Origin: Podarcis cretensis
Lineage: Eukaryota
Assembly (NCBI GenBank): GCA_951804945.1
Contig: OX638150.1
Coordinates: forward strand, 94,364,001 to 94,428,000
Reading direction: 5' to 3'
Length of the DNA stretch: 64,000 nucleotides
Below, one piece after another: positions 63,626-64,000 of this stretch. The notes under the pieces were generated by a model. It did no database searches and was not told the DNA's origin. It saw only the letters and a program-made list of their open reading frames with translations. The stretch's first letter is position 1; each line of letters begins with the position of its first letter. The position numbers and the translations under genes were made by a program.

Positions 63626-64000
63626 ATTGAGCTCGGAAACGTACTTTCTGAGTACATGCATCACCCAGTCCTGTGTAGATGCAAGGATCCTTCCTAGACT
63701 GCATTTCTGTGTTCACTGCATTCCTATAAATTTTGAGCAATATAAGATGATCCAAATGCTTAGGGATTTAGACTAATTGAAAACTGCTGTCAAGTGATAT
63801 AGGAGGAGGAAAATGAATTTGTGTCTGTGCATATCTAGATCTTTTAACCACAATATTTAGAGATATGCTGTGTTGGGTTGTGGTTCAATTTATTTTTCCC
63901 TTGTTGCAGTGGTTGAGGAGGAGGAGTTCCTAACTAAAGCATTTTCTAATTCATTCTGTCAAATTAAATTATGAAACACACCCACCCTAGAAATGACTCA

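Overview
AT-rich, CpG-depleted vertebrate DNA. The repeat content (Sauria SINEs, BovB, CR1, L2, L1, Penelope, Tigger and hAT MITEs) indicates a squamate reptile, probably a lacertid lizard; the lacertid call is inference from recalled repeat families. The main feature is an intact 5.13-kb Ty1/copia LTR retrotransposon on the minus strand (997-6126). It has two 325-bp LTRs that I read as identical, a 5-bp GAAAG target-site duplication (TSD), an uninterrupted gag-pol ORF and a half-tRNA(iMet) primer-binding site. It is inserted into the GAAA catalytic core of a minimal hammerhead ribozyme carried by a Penelope-like element fragment. The rest looks like large-intron host DNA filled with transposon relics, several of them nested. 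A few minus-strand segments with good splice signals (87 nt, 33 nt and a possible terminal exon) join in frame and may belong to a host gene I cannot name. Most short ORFs in the supplied track are spurious.
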